Assembly: GCA_000388065.2 (NCBI GenBank)
Contig: KB932203.1
DNA: 53,584 nucleotides
Source of the DNA: Fonticula alba ATCC 38817
Lineage: Eukaryota; Protista; Nucleariida
Strand: one strand, 5' to 3'
Below the pieces are notes generated by a model. The model made no database searches. It saw only the letters and a list, made by a program, of their open reading frames with translations, and was not told where the DNA came from. Within the stretch, counting starts at the first letter, position 1. Every line of letters begins with the position of its first letter. Below are positions 35,492-46,971 of the stretch, piece after piece. Made by a program: the position numbers and the translations under genes.

Positions 35492-36566
35492 CGCCTGCGC
35501 CGAGGACGGGGAAGAGAAAACCCGGGAGGAGGAGGAGGAAGGAGGGCGGGGGGAGACTGCGGCCGACTGCTTGCGAAAGCACACAAGTATGCGCGTGCCG
35601 GGGGGGGGGGGGCAGAGAAGAAGCAGCAAGAGGGACAGCGGCAGGGGCGGGGAGGGGGGAGGGGGGAGGGAGGGAGGGAGTGAGGGAGACCGCGCGGCTG
35701 GACGCGCGCCCTGGCGCCTGGTGAGATCTTCTTCTGTGCCCGCCCGGGCCCTTCCCCGGCCCCGGCGAGGCGGGAAGTGTGTGTGTGTGTGTACGCACGG
35801 GTGTGTACGGGTGTGTCCACCCCCAGGACATAGACCGGCCCCGGGCACAACGCGACAACATGCACGCCGGGCCAGGGCATCTAACGGTCCCCCGGGCCCC
35901 GCCAGCTTCCCGGCCCAGCAACGGACGAAGCAAGCCCGCCCCCAGGCCGCCGGGGGGGAGGCGCGCCGGTTGCCGGCGGTCGCATCGCATGAACGCGATT
36001 TGAAGGTGCGTGATCTCCCCGAGAGCATGTGACCCCGACGCCTGACCGGCCAGATAGGCCGATTATCGCGCCCAGCCTGGGGTGGCGAGGCTCCCCCNNN
36101 NNNNNNNNNNNNNNNNNNNNNNNNNNNNNNNNNNNNNNNNNNNNNNNNNNNNNNNNNNNNNNNNNNNNNNNNNNNNNNNNNNNNNNNNNNNNNNNNNNNN
36201 NNNNNNNNNNNNNNNNNNNNNNNNNNNNNNNNNNNNNNNNNNNNNNNNNNNNNNNNNNNNNNNNNNNNNNNNNNNNNNNNNNNNNNNNNNNNNNNNNNNN
36301 NNNNNNNNNNNNNNNNNNNNNNNNNNNNNNNNNNNNNNNNNNNNNNNNNNNNNNNNNNNNNNNNNNNNNNNNNNNNNNNNNNNNNNNNNNNNNNNNNNNN
36401 NNNNNNNNNNNNNNNNNNNNNNNNNNNNNNNNNNNNNNNNNNNNNNNNNNNNNNNNNNNNNNNNNNNNNNNNNNNNNNNNNNNNNNNNNNNNNNNNNNNN
36501 NNNNNNNNNNNNNNNNNNNNNNNNNNNNNNNNNNNNNNNNNNNCCCCCCACCTCTTCCCCTCCATC
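35492..36566. promoter_or_regulatory. Probable divergent promoter region between THOC2 and UBE2W
   Basis: Head-to-head gene starts about 1.1 kb apart; includes gap 36098-36543. Positional inference only. Confidence 0.45.
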
Positions 36567-37582
36567 ATGTCTGCCATGCGGTCCCGCCGGCTCGGCCGCG
36601 AGCTGAACGAGCTAAACAAGGTTGTCACCCAGCGCCAGAAGGCGTTGGAGGATCTGCAAGTGGCCCAGCGCGATCTCGCGGCCGCCGAGGCCGCCCAAAA
36701 CGCCGCCGCCCTGTCGTGCGCCAATGCGCGCATCACCCAGGCCAAAATTTCGGCCAGCTCCTGCGAGCCCTTCGTCAGCGTCAAGGCCGACGACCTGAAG
36801 GAGTGGCAGATCGAAATCTGCGGCAGCTCCGGCACCCTGTACGAGGGCGAGCTCTTCAACCTGCGCGTGCGTCATGCCCTCCGTGTCGTGCCCTCCGTGT
36901 CGCATTCTCCCCTTCCCTGCCCGGCCCCTCGCCCCACGCTCCCCTCCCGTGCACGCCTGGCTGACCCCATCCCCCCCCCCCCCGTCCGTTGGGCTTCGGC
37001 AGTTCCGCTTCGATGACAACTACCCGATCGAGAGCCCGGAGGTTCGTGTCGCCATGCCGTGTGTCCCTCCCTCGCTTCCGCGCCCCGCTGCTGACGTCCC
37101 GCTCTTTCTCTCTCTCCCCCACCCCCTCTCGCCGCACCCTGTGCCCTTTCCACGGGGCCCCTTTGCCCGTGCTGGTGGCCATTGCCATAGGTGGTCTTCG
37201 TCGGCAAGCCGCCCCTCCACCCGCACGTCTACTCCAACGGCCACATCTGCCTGTCGATCCTCTACGACCAGTGGTCCCCGGCCCTGACCGTGCAGGCTCT
37301 CTGTGTGTCCATCGCCTCGATGCTGGCCAGCGCCGAGTCCCGCACCGCGCCCCCCAACGACCAGGCCTACGTGTCCAAGCGCATCGAGTCCCCGAAGAAG
37401 GTCCAGTGGACTTTCCACGGTACGCGCGTGTGACTGCCCTTTGCCCTGTCGCCCGGCCGCCCGGCCGCCCGCCGGCTCGCTTTTCGGCCTGCCGTGCGTG
37501 CGTCCTGCTGTGACCTGACTTCTAACGCGTCCTCCCCCCCACCCCTGCCTGTCCTCCCGGCATGCCAGACGACAAGTGCTAA
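36567..37582 (+). CDS. UBE2W: Ubiquitin-conjugating enzyme E2 W (N-terminal ubiquitinating E2), 193 aa, 4 exons
   Basis: Exons 36567-36866, 37003-37041, 37191-37419, 37569-37582 (582 nt). Motifs: [17 protein letters not shown], the UBE2W-type [15 protein letters not shown] (His in place of the HPN Asn; catalytic Cys), [19 protein letters not shown]-terminal [13 protein letters not shown]. Confidence 0.95.
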
Positions 37583-37983
37583 TTTCCTCGATGAGTACTT
37601 GTGGCCCCCTCCCCTCGGCCTCCTCTTCTGTCCTTCGGCCTTCCGCCTCACTTCTCACCTTTCCCCTTCCCTCCCCCCCTGCAATGGCCGCGCCCCTGCC
37701 ATCACAGCGGCTCCAATAGATCCAGCACTGCCTGCCCATGCCCCCCTCCCCTTCCCCTCTTTCCGAAGCCATGCCCGCGGTCGCGCATACGCACACACAC
37801 ACACACACACATGCGCGGCCGTTGGCGCCCCCGTCCCCTGCGCAGAAGGGAGAAATTGACAAGGGAATTGTATATGGTCTTCTTTTTGCCCCAAATCCAG
37901 GTGACCGGGTTCCACCCCCTGCCCAAGCCCCCGCCCCTCTCCCCCATGTGAGCTCCCCATCCGGCCAGCCCCATGGTGTAAGG

Positions 37984-38019
<36 letters not shown>

Positions 38020-38041
38020 CAGGGCGGCGACAGGGAACACA

Positions 38042-40171
38042 TCAAGCCAGCGTCAGGCTTGCCGAAGAGACGCCCCCCCCTTCATCCGGTGCCCACGACA
38101 CCCCCGGGGACAGGGGCATGTGCGTGAAGGAGACCGGCTCCGGGGCACCGGCCTTACACAGCAAGTCCGCCGAGGAGGAAGACCCCTCGGCGTGGGCAGC
38201 CACCCCGCCGGCTTCGTGGCCGGCCAGGCCGCCGGCCTCGCGCGGCGAGTGGACCACCGGCAGCGAGGAGGACGAGAAAACCCGCAGCGAAGACGACCCC
38301 CCGGCCAGTGGCAGCTCCTGGGGGTCGTCCTGCTCCGTCTTTTCCAGGTCCTCGGCCGAGCCGGGGCCCGGCCCCAGCACCGGCTCGGTGTAGTGGTAGT
38401 ATGTCAGGCCGACGTGGTCCAGCGGCATGGGGTGCGCCGGGCAGGCGGACGTCGCGTCGCCACGCCGGCAGGTGCACCACGCCTCCAAGTCGAAGGGGTG
38501 GTTGGCCACGCCGGTGCCATCGGCCAGGGCCGCCGGGGGGACCGGGCGCTCAGCACCCCCGGGAAAGGGCCGGCCCGGGGTTGGAGGTGCCCGGCCCACG
38601 GCCACCGGGGCCGGAGCCTGCGGCAGGACCACCAGCGAGGCGAACACCGGCTCGTCGCGCACCGTCCCGCTGGCCGGGCAAGCCTTCGGGGCATACCCAA
38701 CGCGCGCGACAAACTTCTCGCATGGCAGGGCCAAAAAAAGAAAGAAAGAAGAATGCCCAGAAGGGGGGAGAGAGGGACAGCGTGAGAAAAAGACCCATGC
38801 AGGTGGAGACACANNNNNNNNNNNNNNNNNNNNNNNNNNNNNNNNNNNNNNNNNNNNNNNNNNNNNNNNNNNNNNNNNNNNNNNNNNNNNNNNNNNNNNN
38901 NNNNNNNNNNNNNNNNNNNNNNNNNNNNNNNNNNNNNNNNNNNNNNNNNNNNNNNNNNNNNNNNNNNNNNNNNNNNNNNNNNNNNNNNNNNNNNNNNNNN
39001 NNNNNNNNNNNNNNNNNNNNNNNNNNNNNNNNNNNNNNNNNNNNNNNNNNNNNNNNNNNNNNNNNNNNNNNNNNNNNNNNNNNNNNNNNNNNNNNNNNNN
39101 NNNNNNNNNNNNNNNNNNNNNNNNNNNNNNNNNNNNNNNNNNNNNNNNNNNNNNNNNNNNNNNNNNNNNNNNNNNNNNNNNNNNNNNNNNNNNNNNNNNN
39201 NNNNNNNNNNNNNNNNNNNNNNNNNNNNNNNNNNNNNNNNNNNNNGGGGGGGGGGGGGCGGGATGCATGCAGTGCGAGGGACATGGACGGCGTACCGGGC
39301 GCCCGGCCACGCTGTTGACGGTGTCCGCCCGGCCGACCGGGTCGTGGCCCAGCCTGACCGAGTGGAAGCGGATGCCGTAAGACATGAGATCTACGTCGGC
39401 GGCGTCGGCGTCCGAGGACACAGACCAGTAGCTTTCTTCGAAGGCTTCCAGGGCGTTCAGGGGCCCCCGGGCGCCGGGGCCCGGCAGCGCCCCGGGGTCC
39501 ATGCCCGCACCCGGGCCCGGGCTGGCATCCTCCTGGCCGGGGGGGTGCGCCGCCTCGGCGGCATTCCGCCGGAAGAGCCCCCGCAGAAGCCCCTCATCGG
39601 ACCGGGCCCGGCGTGGGGGAGGCGGCCCCGGGCCCGGGAAGCCCGGCCCCATGGCCCGACGTCTGGAGGGCGGGACCAGGTCCTCCGGCAGCGGCCACAA
39701 AAAGAGAACCGCCCGATCGACGGCCGGCTGCAGCCGGCCAAAGTAGTCCCCACCGCGGGGCGCCGGCTGGCTGCGGTAAATCCGACTGGCCGGTCGCCCC
39801 ATCGGCAGGGCATCCGACAGGTCCATACCCCCGGTGAGGGCGGTGCTGGAGTTGGAGCCCAGCCCCAGCGAGGAGGAGGAAAGGTCCCCGGCGATGCTCA
39901 CACCCGCCGGAGAGAAGGGCACCTCCACGGCCACCAGGCCCTCGGACTGCGAACCATAGCGCAGCTGGTGGAGCACGCGCTTGCGCACGGCACGCGCATA
40001 CAGATACCCCACCCCGAGCAGGGCCAGGAAGAGAACCATCATGCCGAGGGTGATGCATACTGCCAGGATGACCACCGTCTGCTCGGCGAGGGCAATCGAG
40101 ACGGCGTCCGGCTCGGCCGGTCGGCCGGCCGCGGTGGCTAGGCCGCCCGGCAGCGGCACCGAGGCGGAGGG
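38042..40171 (-). CDS. Hypothetical single-pass membrane protein; 5' end and internal structure uncertain
   Basis: Exon 40171-39296 follows a CTGAC..CAG acceptor and ends at donor GTACGC. It encodes VVILAVCITLGMMVLFLALLGVGYLYA followed by RAVRKR. After gap 38814-39245 the frame resumes near 38713 and runs to the stop at 38042. Possible first exon 40443-40426 (MALVTD). Confidence 0.55.
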   Translation of the reverse strand, partial: PSASVPLPGGLATAAGRPAEPDAVSIALAEQTVVILAVCITLGMMVLFLALLGVGYLYARAVRKRVLHQLRYGSQSEGLVAVEVPFSPAGVSIAGDLSSSSLGLGSNSSTALTGGMDLSDALPMGRPASRIYRSQPAPRGGDYFGRLQPAVDRAVLFLWPLPEDLVPPSRRRAMGPGFPGPGPPPPRRARSDEGLLRGLFRRNAAEAAHPPGQEDASPGPGAGMDPGALPGPGARGPLNALEAFEESYWSVSSDADAADVDLMSYGIRFHSVRLGHDPVGRADTVNSVAGRPVRRPCPSHCMHPAPPPXXXXXXXXXXXXXXXXXXXXXXXXXXXXXXXXXXXXXXXXXXXXXXXXXXXXXXXXXXXXXXXXXXXXXXXXXXXXXXXXXXXXXXXXXXXXXXXXXXXXXXXXXXXXXXXXXXXXXXXXXXXXXXXXXXXXXXXXXXXXXXXXXVSPPAWVFFSRCPSLPPSGHSSFFLFLALPCEKFVARVGYAPKACPASGTVRDEPVFASLVVLPQAPAPVAVGRAPPTPGRPFPGGAERPVPPAALADGTGVANHPFDLEAWCTCRRGDATSACPAHPMPLDHVGLTYYHYTEPVLGPGPGSAEDLEKTEQDDPQELPLAGGSSSLRVFSSSSLPVVHSPREAGGLAGHEAGGVAAHAEGSSSSADLLCKAGAPEPVSFTHMPLSPGVSWAPDEGGGVSSASLTLA

Positions 40172-40655
40172 CTGCTTGTTGCCGCGCGCGCATGGTCAGA
40201 ACCCAGCCGCGGGAGACCGACGCAAGATCAAGTCGAGAGGGGGAGATGGCACGCGTGTGTATATATGTGTGTGTGTGTGTGTGTGCGAGAGAGAGAGAGA
40301 GAGGGAGGGAGGGAGGAGAGGGGACGGGTGCGCACCATTGCAAGAGAAAGGGGGGAGAAAACAAACAAGTGTTATGTGACCGCCCGCAGATCAGACAGCG
40401 CGGCCGGGAAAAGCAGGAGGTGCACGTCCGTCACCAGAGCCATCGGCGTCCCCAGGAAAGGCACAGGGACGAGGGAGCGAGAGATCGGCAGGAAGAGGAG
40501 GATCGGGCAGGAGGGCGAGGAAACGAGCAGGGCATCGGAGGCGGGCGCAATCGGGGATGCGGCACCGGCCGTCGGTCCGGTCGGTCTGATGGTCTCAGAT
40601 CAGCGATCGAGATCCGCGGCCCAGCGGCCGAGGGCAAGGTAGGGGATGTCGAAGG

Positions 40656-40658
<3 letters not shown>

Positions 40659-40715
<57 letters not shown>
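40659..40715 (+). repeat. (GGC)19 perfect trinucleotide repeat
   Basis: Direct count; lies upstream of the minus-strand membrane-protein gene. Confidence 0.95.
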
Positions 40716-41286
40716 CGACGGAGCCAATCGTGTCACGGCCCTCTCGGCGCACGCCTCTCCAGCCCCCGGAGGCGGAGGACAAGTCAGAGCCGGCCGGCCG
40801 GCAGGGTCAAGCGCAAGTCAAGCACGCAGGCCGGCGGTCTGCCTGGTGCCGGCCCCTGGGGCCTCCCGGCGGCGGCGCCGACCGCGGGGGCCCCCCCCCA
40901 AACCAGGGGGGGGGGGGGGGGGGGGGGGGCTCCGCACGGCAGCAGCGCCGGTGGCGGCACGATCCGCCAGCGGCCATTCCCGGGCCCGGCGCCCGGGAAC
41001 AGGCCCAATTCAAAAGGGGTCCTCCGATCGGCGGCCGTATCACGCGACCAGGGCCGTGCAGCGGAAGACCGGCCGGCTGCCTGGGGGGGGGGGGGGGCTC
41101 GCGCGGCCAACCCCAACGCGCCGGGGGCCGCCCCGGCCGCGCAGAAGGTCGCTGATCGCCCGGCCACCGGCAGCCGGGCGCGACTTCGCCATGCATTGGG
41201 AGCTGGTGTTTATGCCAACTGAAGGGGCGTGTATTGGTTCCGGCCTGCCGGTCTCCCTCCCGGGGGGGGGGGCCCGGGGCCTCGCC

Positions 41287-44200
41287 TCAGAGGAAGTACA
41301 CGTGCGAGCGATTGAGCTGGTAGGTACAATAGTAGCAGCTCCCACTGCCGGGGGGGCTGGTCGCCGGGGCGGGCCCCGGACCGGCGGCCGCCGCGCCGGC
41401 CGACGTGGCCACCGCCCCGAAGAGAGCTTGCCCGATGCCGCTCGACCGCCGGGGTCGAGGCTGCCCCGAGGTGGCCCCGGCATCGAGGCCGGGGGAAACG
41501 GCCGAGACGCCGCCGCCACCGGTGCCAGGGGCAGAGGCGGAGGCCACGGCCGCGCCAGTCCCGCTGGCGTGGCCACCCTGCGCCGCCGGGGTGGGCATGT
41601 GTGAAGGGTGGTGCGGGGCACCAGATGTGGTGGCGGCGGCGGCAGCGGCCGGGGAGGCGGCCGAGGAGGCGCCCCCGGCCGGCGGACACCGCCGGTGCCG
41701 CCACATGCCGCACTTGCAGCGGACCGTGTTCTCGGAGAAGTGGAACTCCGACTGGTAGCAGAGCGAACACACAAAGGCGCACATCTGGCACCGCTCGCAG
41801 TGCTTGATGTGCAAGATGAGATACTCATTACGCAGGAAGGTGCGCTCCAGCAGCGAGTATTCCTTGGACCGGCGGTGGATCGGGAGCTCGGCCGCCGAGA
41901 GGGCCGCTTCGCCATGGGACGATGTCGTGGACGCGCGTCGGGAGGGGTCGTTGTCGGCCGGCGAGGGCCCGGCCGCGGCCCGGCGCTCCGGCGGCCGGGA
42001 GCTGGTCCGCGGCCGCCAGGAGCTCGGCACCGGAGGCGGGCCGCTCGCCCCGGACGCTGAGATGGTGGTGGACCGGCTGCGCGATGCGCCTGGCTCGGCG
42101 GTCGGCGGGCTGTTTCCGGGAGGGCCCCCCCGCCCCATACACACACACACACACACACACACACCGAGCGGAGGAGACGCGGCGCAGGGGGATCGGAAAA
42201 GGGTGCGTGTCAGTGCGGAAGCGAAGGAACGGGCAGATCGCCACAAATGCCAGGGGGTGTTGGGCGCACGTGGAATCCGAGCGGGGGGCAAGGTCGCCGG
42301 AGGCCGGGAGCACGAAGGGGACCGCCTCGGTGGTGCCCGGCACCGCCGGATCCGAGGGATTCACCGCCGGGCCCGGGCCCGGCGCCGCCGACGGGACATC
42401 CGTGACCGAGGGCATCGGCGGCGAGATGCTAATCACACAGGAGGGCGACAGGGACTGGATGTATCGCCGGGCCGGGCGCATGAAGCTTTCCGACAGGACA
42501 GGCGACTTGTGCAAGCTCAGCAGATCACTGAAGGTATATATCCCGGGATTCTCGTAGAGATGTGGCGCGTCAAAGTACACCCGTTCCAGGAGACTTGTCA
42601 TGGCAGGGGCGAGAGGGTCAGGGCTGGCAGGCATGATGGGAGCCCAGGGCGCAGGGCGCAGGGCGCAGGGCGCAGGGCGCAGGGCGCAGGGCGCAGGGCG
42701 CAGGGCGCAGGGCGCAGGGGGGGGGGGAGAAGACTGGCAGACGCACCCGAGGCTGCGCGAGCACCCTTGGAGGTACTTCTTTAAGTGGGCCAGCACGCCT
42801 TGCAGCTCCTGTGCCATGCCCCGCACCAAGAGCGGAGGGGAGGCCAGACGGGAAGGGGCGGGTCAGGAGATCGATCGGAGGGAGGGGGCGAAGGGCATGC
42901 GATGGTCGATGGGTCGAACCTTCATGCGGCGCAGGGCATCAACGTGCACAAAGAGCCGGGGGTTGTGGAAGCGCAAGTCGAACAGCGGTTGCAAGTAAAT
43001 GTTTTCCATGAAGGACAGGTGCACCAAGCCGATGGGCTTGCTGTGTGTGGGGGGGGGGGAGGTGGACAGCCGGAGAGAGCGGGGGTGAGGGAGACAAAAA
43101 AGCCATGGATCAGAGGGAGGCTGGCACGCAGGAGGGGGGGGGGGGGGGCAAGATCCCCGGCAGGCGCGCGGACGGGGGGCGGCACGAACGGGGAGAAATT
43201 CCACTCATGGACGATCTGCGACGGCAGGGGATGGGGCTTTTGCGAAATGCACATGGAGCAAAGGACAAAGCCCGTGTAGTAGCAGTAGTGCGCTGATTGG
43301 GCCGCATTCCGGGTCAGCAAGATGCGCCAAAGGTGTACATCGGCGAAAGGGGAGCCGGCCTGAGACCAGGGAAAAATGGACCGGCCCGGCCACGCACGCG
43401 AGTTAATCCGCCGGGAGCAGCCCGGGCAGAGGTACGACTGGTAAAGGAGCTGGGCGGCCACGCGAGCGGCCGTGGGCTCGGGAAAGACCTCGAGCACAAA
43501 GCGCTGGCGCTTGTATGTGGAGAGGATGTCGCCCTGGGCACAGGTGTGTGTTCGGGTCGATGGGGGGAGGGTAAGACAGCAGGGGTCAGCACCGGCAGGG
43601 AGACCAAGGCGGTGCCCGACGCAGAGAGGAGCATGTACCCGTCGCAAGGTGTCGAAGGGGGTGGATGTCCGCCGAGCGATGGTCACCGCGCCGGAGCGAT
43701 TCTCCGCGGCCTAAGACCAGTGGGAGGCAGGTGGGAGGAAGGAGCGGATGGGGAGCAGGGTCAGTTTCTTTGCCGGTGGCAAGATGCGCAGGCAGAGGGT
43801 GAGGGGGGGGGGGGAGAGACGGGAGGAGGCGAAAGCNNNNNNNNNNNNNNNNNNNNNNNNNNNNNNNNNNNNNNNNNNNNNNNNNNNNNNNNNNNNNNNN
43901 NNNNNNNNNNNNNNNNNNNNNNNNNNNNNNNNNNNNNNNNNNNNNNNNNNNNNNNNNNNNNNNNNNNNNNNNNNNNNNNNNNNNNNNNNNNNNNNNNNNN
44001 NNNNNNNNNNNNNNNNNNNNNNNNNNNNNNNNNNNNNNNNNNNNNNNNNNNNNNNNNNNNNNNNNNNNNNNNNNNNNNNNNNNNNNNNNNNNNNNNNNNN
44101 NNNNNNNNNNNNNNNNNNNNNNNNNNNNNNNNNNNNNNNNNNNNNNNNNNNNNNNNNNNNNNNNNNNNNNNNNNNNNNNNNNNNNNNNNNNNNNNNNNNN

Positions 44201-45789
44201 NNNNNNNNNNNNNNNNNNNNNNNNNNNNNNNNNNNNNNNNNNNNNNGGGGGGTACGTTTGCGGAGCCGGGCGACGGCATGAGAGATGGACGAGGGGGAGG
44301 GGACCGGGAGGGTCAGGAGGCAAGCGAAGGGAAGAGGGCAGAAGAAAAACCGACCACCGGCCGAACAGGCACCGAGCATACCGATGATGCTGTCGATGCC
44401 GACCGAGATGTGACTGATGGAGGAGGAGCTGCTGGTGAACAGCCCGGAAGCCAAGCTATGCGTGGACGAGGGGGCAGCCAGTGACCCGAGCAGGGACGGC
44501 GAGGCCGGGCTGCCGGTCGGGGCCAGGCGCTCGCCCCGGCACCCGATCGGAACACTGTCCACCTCCTCGTCGGAGGACAGCTGGTCGAAGTAGGCATCCC
44601 CCAGATGCTGATAGGGCCCGGTGATGTCGTCGGTGTCGGTGGCGCACGAGGTGGAGGCCGGCCGCTCGGCGGTCGCCGGCATGGCGGCCGGGGAACCAGC
44701 CTCATCGATGCCAGTCCCGGCACCACTGGCGGGGCTGGCACTGGCTGGGATCGCCGCCTGGGCCGGCGGATGGCCGAAGCTTTCCCGGCAGCAGGTGGCA
44801 CAGTGCTCAAGCCGGCAGCAGGGACATACATCTGTCGGGTCTGGAGGGCGGGGGCGAGGGCGAGGGGGGATGTGAGCTGGGACATGGGACCCGGGCAAGG
44901 GGAGAGCCAGAATGGGATCCCGTCCGAGCGGCGGCCGGGCAGAGCGCACCGACACAGTCCCCCAGAAGGTCCGTCGGGACCGGCGGGCAGCGCCCAAGGC
45001 ACAGGGTCGACAGGCCCGGGCAGCATATGAAGCCGCCATGGGTGCACGGGTGCCGCGAGCAGGATGCAACGGAGGCCAGCATATCCTGGGAGGTTGGAGA
45101 TTGCAGGGGGGGAGGAGCGGGAAGGCACCAGGGGGGCTTCTGTCAGCCTGGCCACAATGCAGAACGGTAGCATGGGAAAAGTCGGCGAGGAGGGGTCGGG
45201 GGGGGGGGGGGATGCGCACATGGCGGAAGGGCCCCAGCGACAGCTGGGGAAGGTGCCCCGGGGCCAAATCCAGGAAGACCGCGTGGCGCAGACTCCGGCC
45301 GACGGCCGCCGCCACCAAGATCTGCGCGTCGATCTGGCTGGAGGTGGGGCAGAGCGTTCGCGCAGGGGCCGCCCCGGCCAAGTCCCCCAGGTCCCCGGTG
45401 CTGCTGGAGGCCGTGGAGGCGCTGCTGCTGCTGCTGCCGCCGCCGCCCGCGCCGAAGAGCCCGCCAAAGAAGGAGGACAGCAAGCCACCCGGGGAGATGG
45501 CATCCAGGAGGGACCCATCGCTGGGCGTCGGCACGAGGGCGGCCCCGCCGTCCAGGGCGCCGGCCGACTCCGGCGACGACGGGCTCAGGTCAAAGAAGTC
45601 CGCCAGGAAGGATGACCCGGTGGAGGGGGGCTTGCCGGCTGCGGGCGTGGCCGGCCGGGCCGCCGGTGGATTGCTGGGGGCCGGCCCGGGGGCCGGTGCC
45701 CCGGGCCCGGGCGACAGCGCGTCGACCGCCTGCGAGGTGGGGATTCGCCGGCGATACTGATCGTGCAGCAACCACACGGCGTGATCCAT
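41287..45789 (-). CDS. Rubicon-homology (zf-RING_9/DUF4206) domain protein, Rubicon/PLEKHM1/DEF8 family
   Basis: Visible exons 45789-45220, 45085-44950, 44831-44382, [gap], 43710-43639, 43533-43398, 43292-43190, 43040-42920, 42808-42747, 42593-42270, 42109-41287. RH motifs: QSYLCPGC, HYCYYTGFVLCSMC, LPSQIVHEWNFS, QPLFDL, LKKYLQGC, PHLYENPGIYTFSDL, HIKHCERCQMCAFVCSLC, CKCGMWRHRRC, CYYC. Paralogue cannot be assigned. Confidence 0.85.
42646..42715 (-). repeat. Intronic 7-bp tandem repeat (TGCGCCC)x10 on the sense strand
   Basis: (AGGGCGC)10 on the plus strand, inside intron 42594-42746. Confidence 0.97.
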
Positions 45790-46899
45790 GGTGGCGGCGG
45801 CGGCGGCGGCTGCGGCGGCTGCGGTAACGGGAGGGAAGGACGGCGGGCTGGCAGGACCAGAAGTGCGGGCAGCAGGCGAAGGAGAGAGGCAGAGGGCCAG
45901 GGGGCGGGGGAGGGAACAGGGGGAGGGGAAAAGAAAAGGGAAGGAGAGCGGGCGGAGAGAGAGAGAGAGAGGGAGGGAGGGAAAAGGAAGGAAGGAGAGA
46001 GAGAGAGAGAGAAGGAGGCTGCCCACCGCCCGGAGCTCACCGACGCCAGAGGCCGCCGGCAAAAGAAGCCGCCCTGGCGGCCTGGTGCCCGGCTGCGAGA
46101 CAGGGGCGGGAAATCAAAATATCATTAATTGGCTGTATTGTGCATGCGCCGGGGGCGCGGGGGGCTCTCCGGGCGAGCACACGCGCCTTCACGCCCCTCC
46201 AGGCCATGACCCCGTTGTCCACCGTATACACCGCGGACGAACGCCCCCCGGCATCGGCCGGCTGGGCAGCCCGATGAAGTGTGCCTGCCCCCTGCCCAGC
46301 CCGCGTCTCGGTCTTCCTGTGTCCCTTCTGTGGCTCGCCGCTCCCCCGCCCTCTCTCTGGCTCGCCCGCCTTCTGTCCAGACTGTTACGTTGGGCCGCGA
46401 TCGGTCTGGACTGGCTGGGTCCGGCCAGAACCACGGGACTCCTTTCGCAGAGACCGGCAGCAGGGTCCCCGCCGAATTTTGGGCAGTCCCTGCCCGCGGT
46501 GGAATGATGTTCAGGGATCACCTGCTGAGGTTCCGGTGCATTGGCAATCGCCGCTGGGCGGCGACGTGGTCCGGCGGCCGGGGGCACCTGCCCGCGCGCG
46601 GCCCCCACCTCGCGGGGCGGCCGGCTACCACGGCATCGGCGGCCACTTGCGATTTTGCAGCCCGCACGAGATTGCCCGCCTGCCTGCCTGCCTGCGCGGG
46701 CGGGCGGGCAGGCGGGCACGCTGCGGCAGGCCGCCCCATCTGTGGCCTCCCCCCGTCTCGAAGGCCCACTTCTTGGCCGACCGATGTCGCGCATCGAGCG
46801 CGCACAAATCCCATGTCCTCCCCTCCCTCTCCCTCTCCCAATCGCTGCTTCCCCCTCCCCTCTGTCTCTGTCGCACACACGCACGCACACACACACACG

Positions 46900-46936
<37 letters not shown>

Positions 46937-46971
46937 GCGCACGGACACGCACACGCACACGGGCGGCTACT
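45790..46971. promoter_or_regulatory. Probable divergent promoter region between the RH-domain gene and NOL8
   Basis: Head-to-head starts about 1.2 kb apart, with (GA)n near one gene and (CA/CG)n near the other. Positional inference only. Confidence 0.45.

Noticed and set aside
14092-45789. Functional cluster of endolysosomal/autophagy genes (YKT6 and the RH-domain protein)
   Set aside because: They are about 26 kb apart and separated by unrelated housekeeping genes; no shared regulatory signal was seen.
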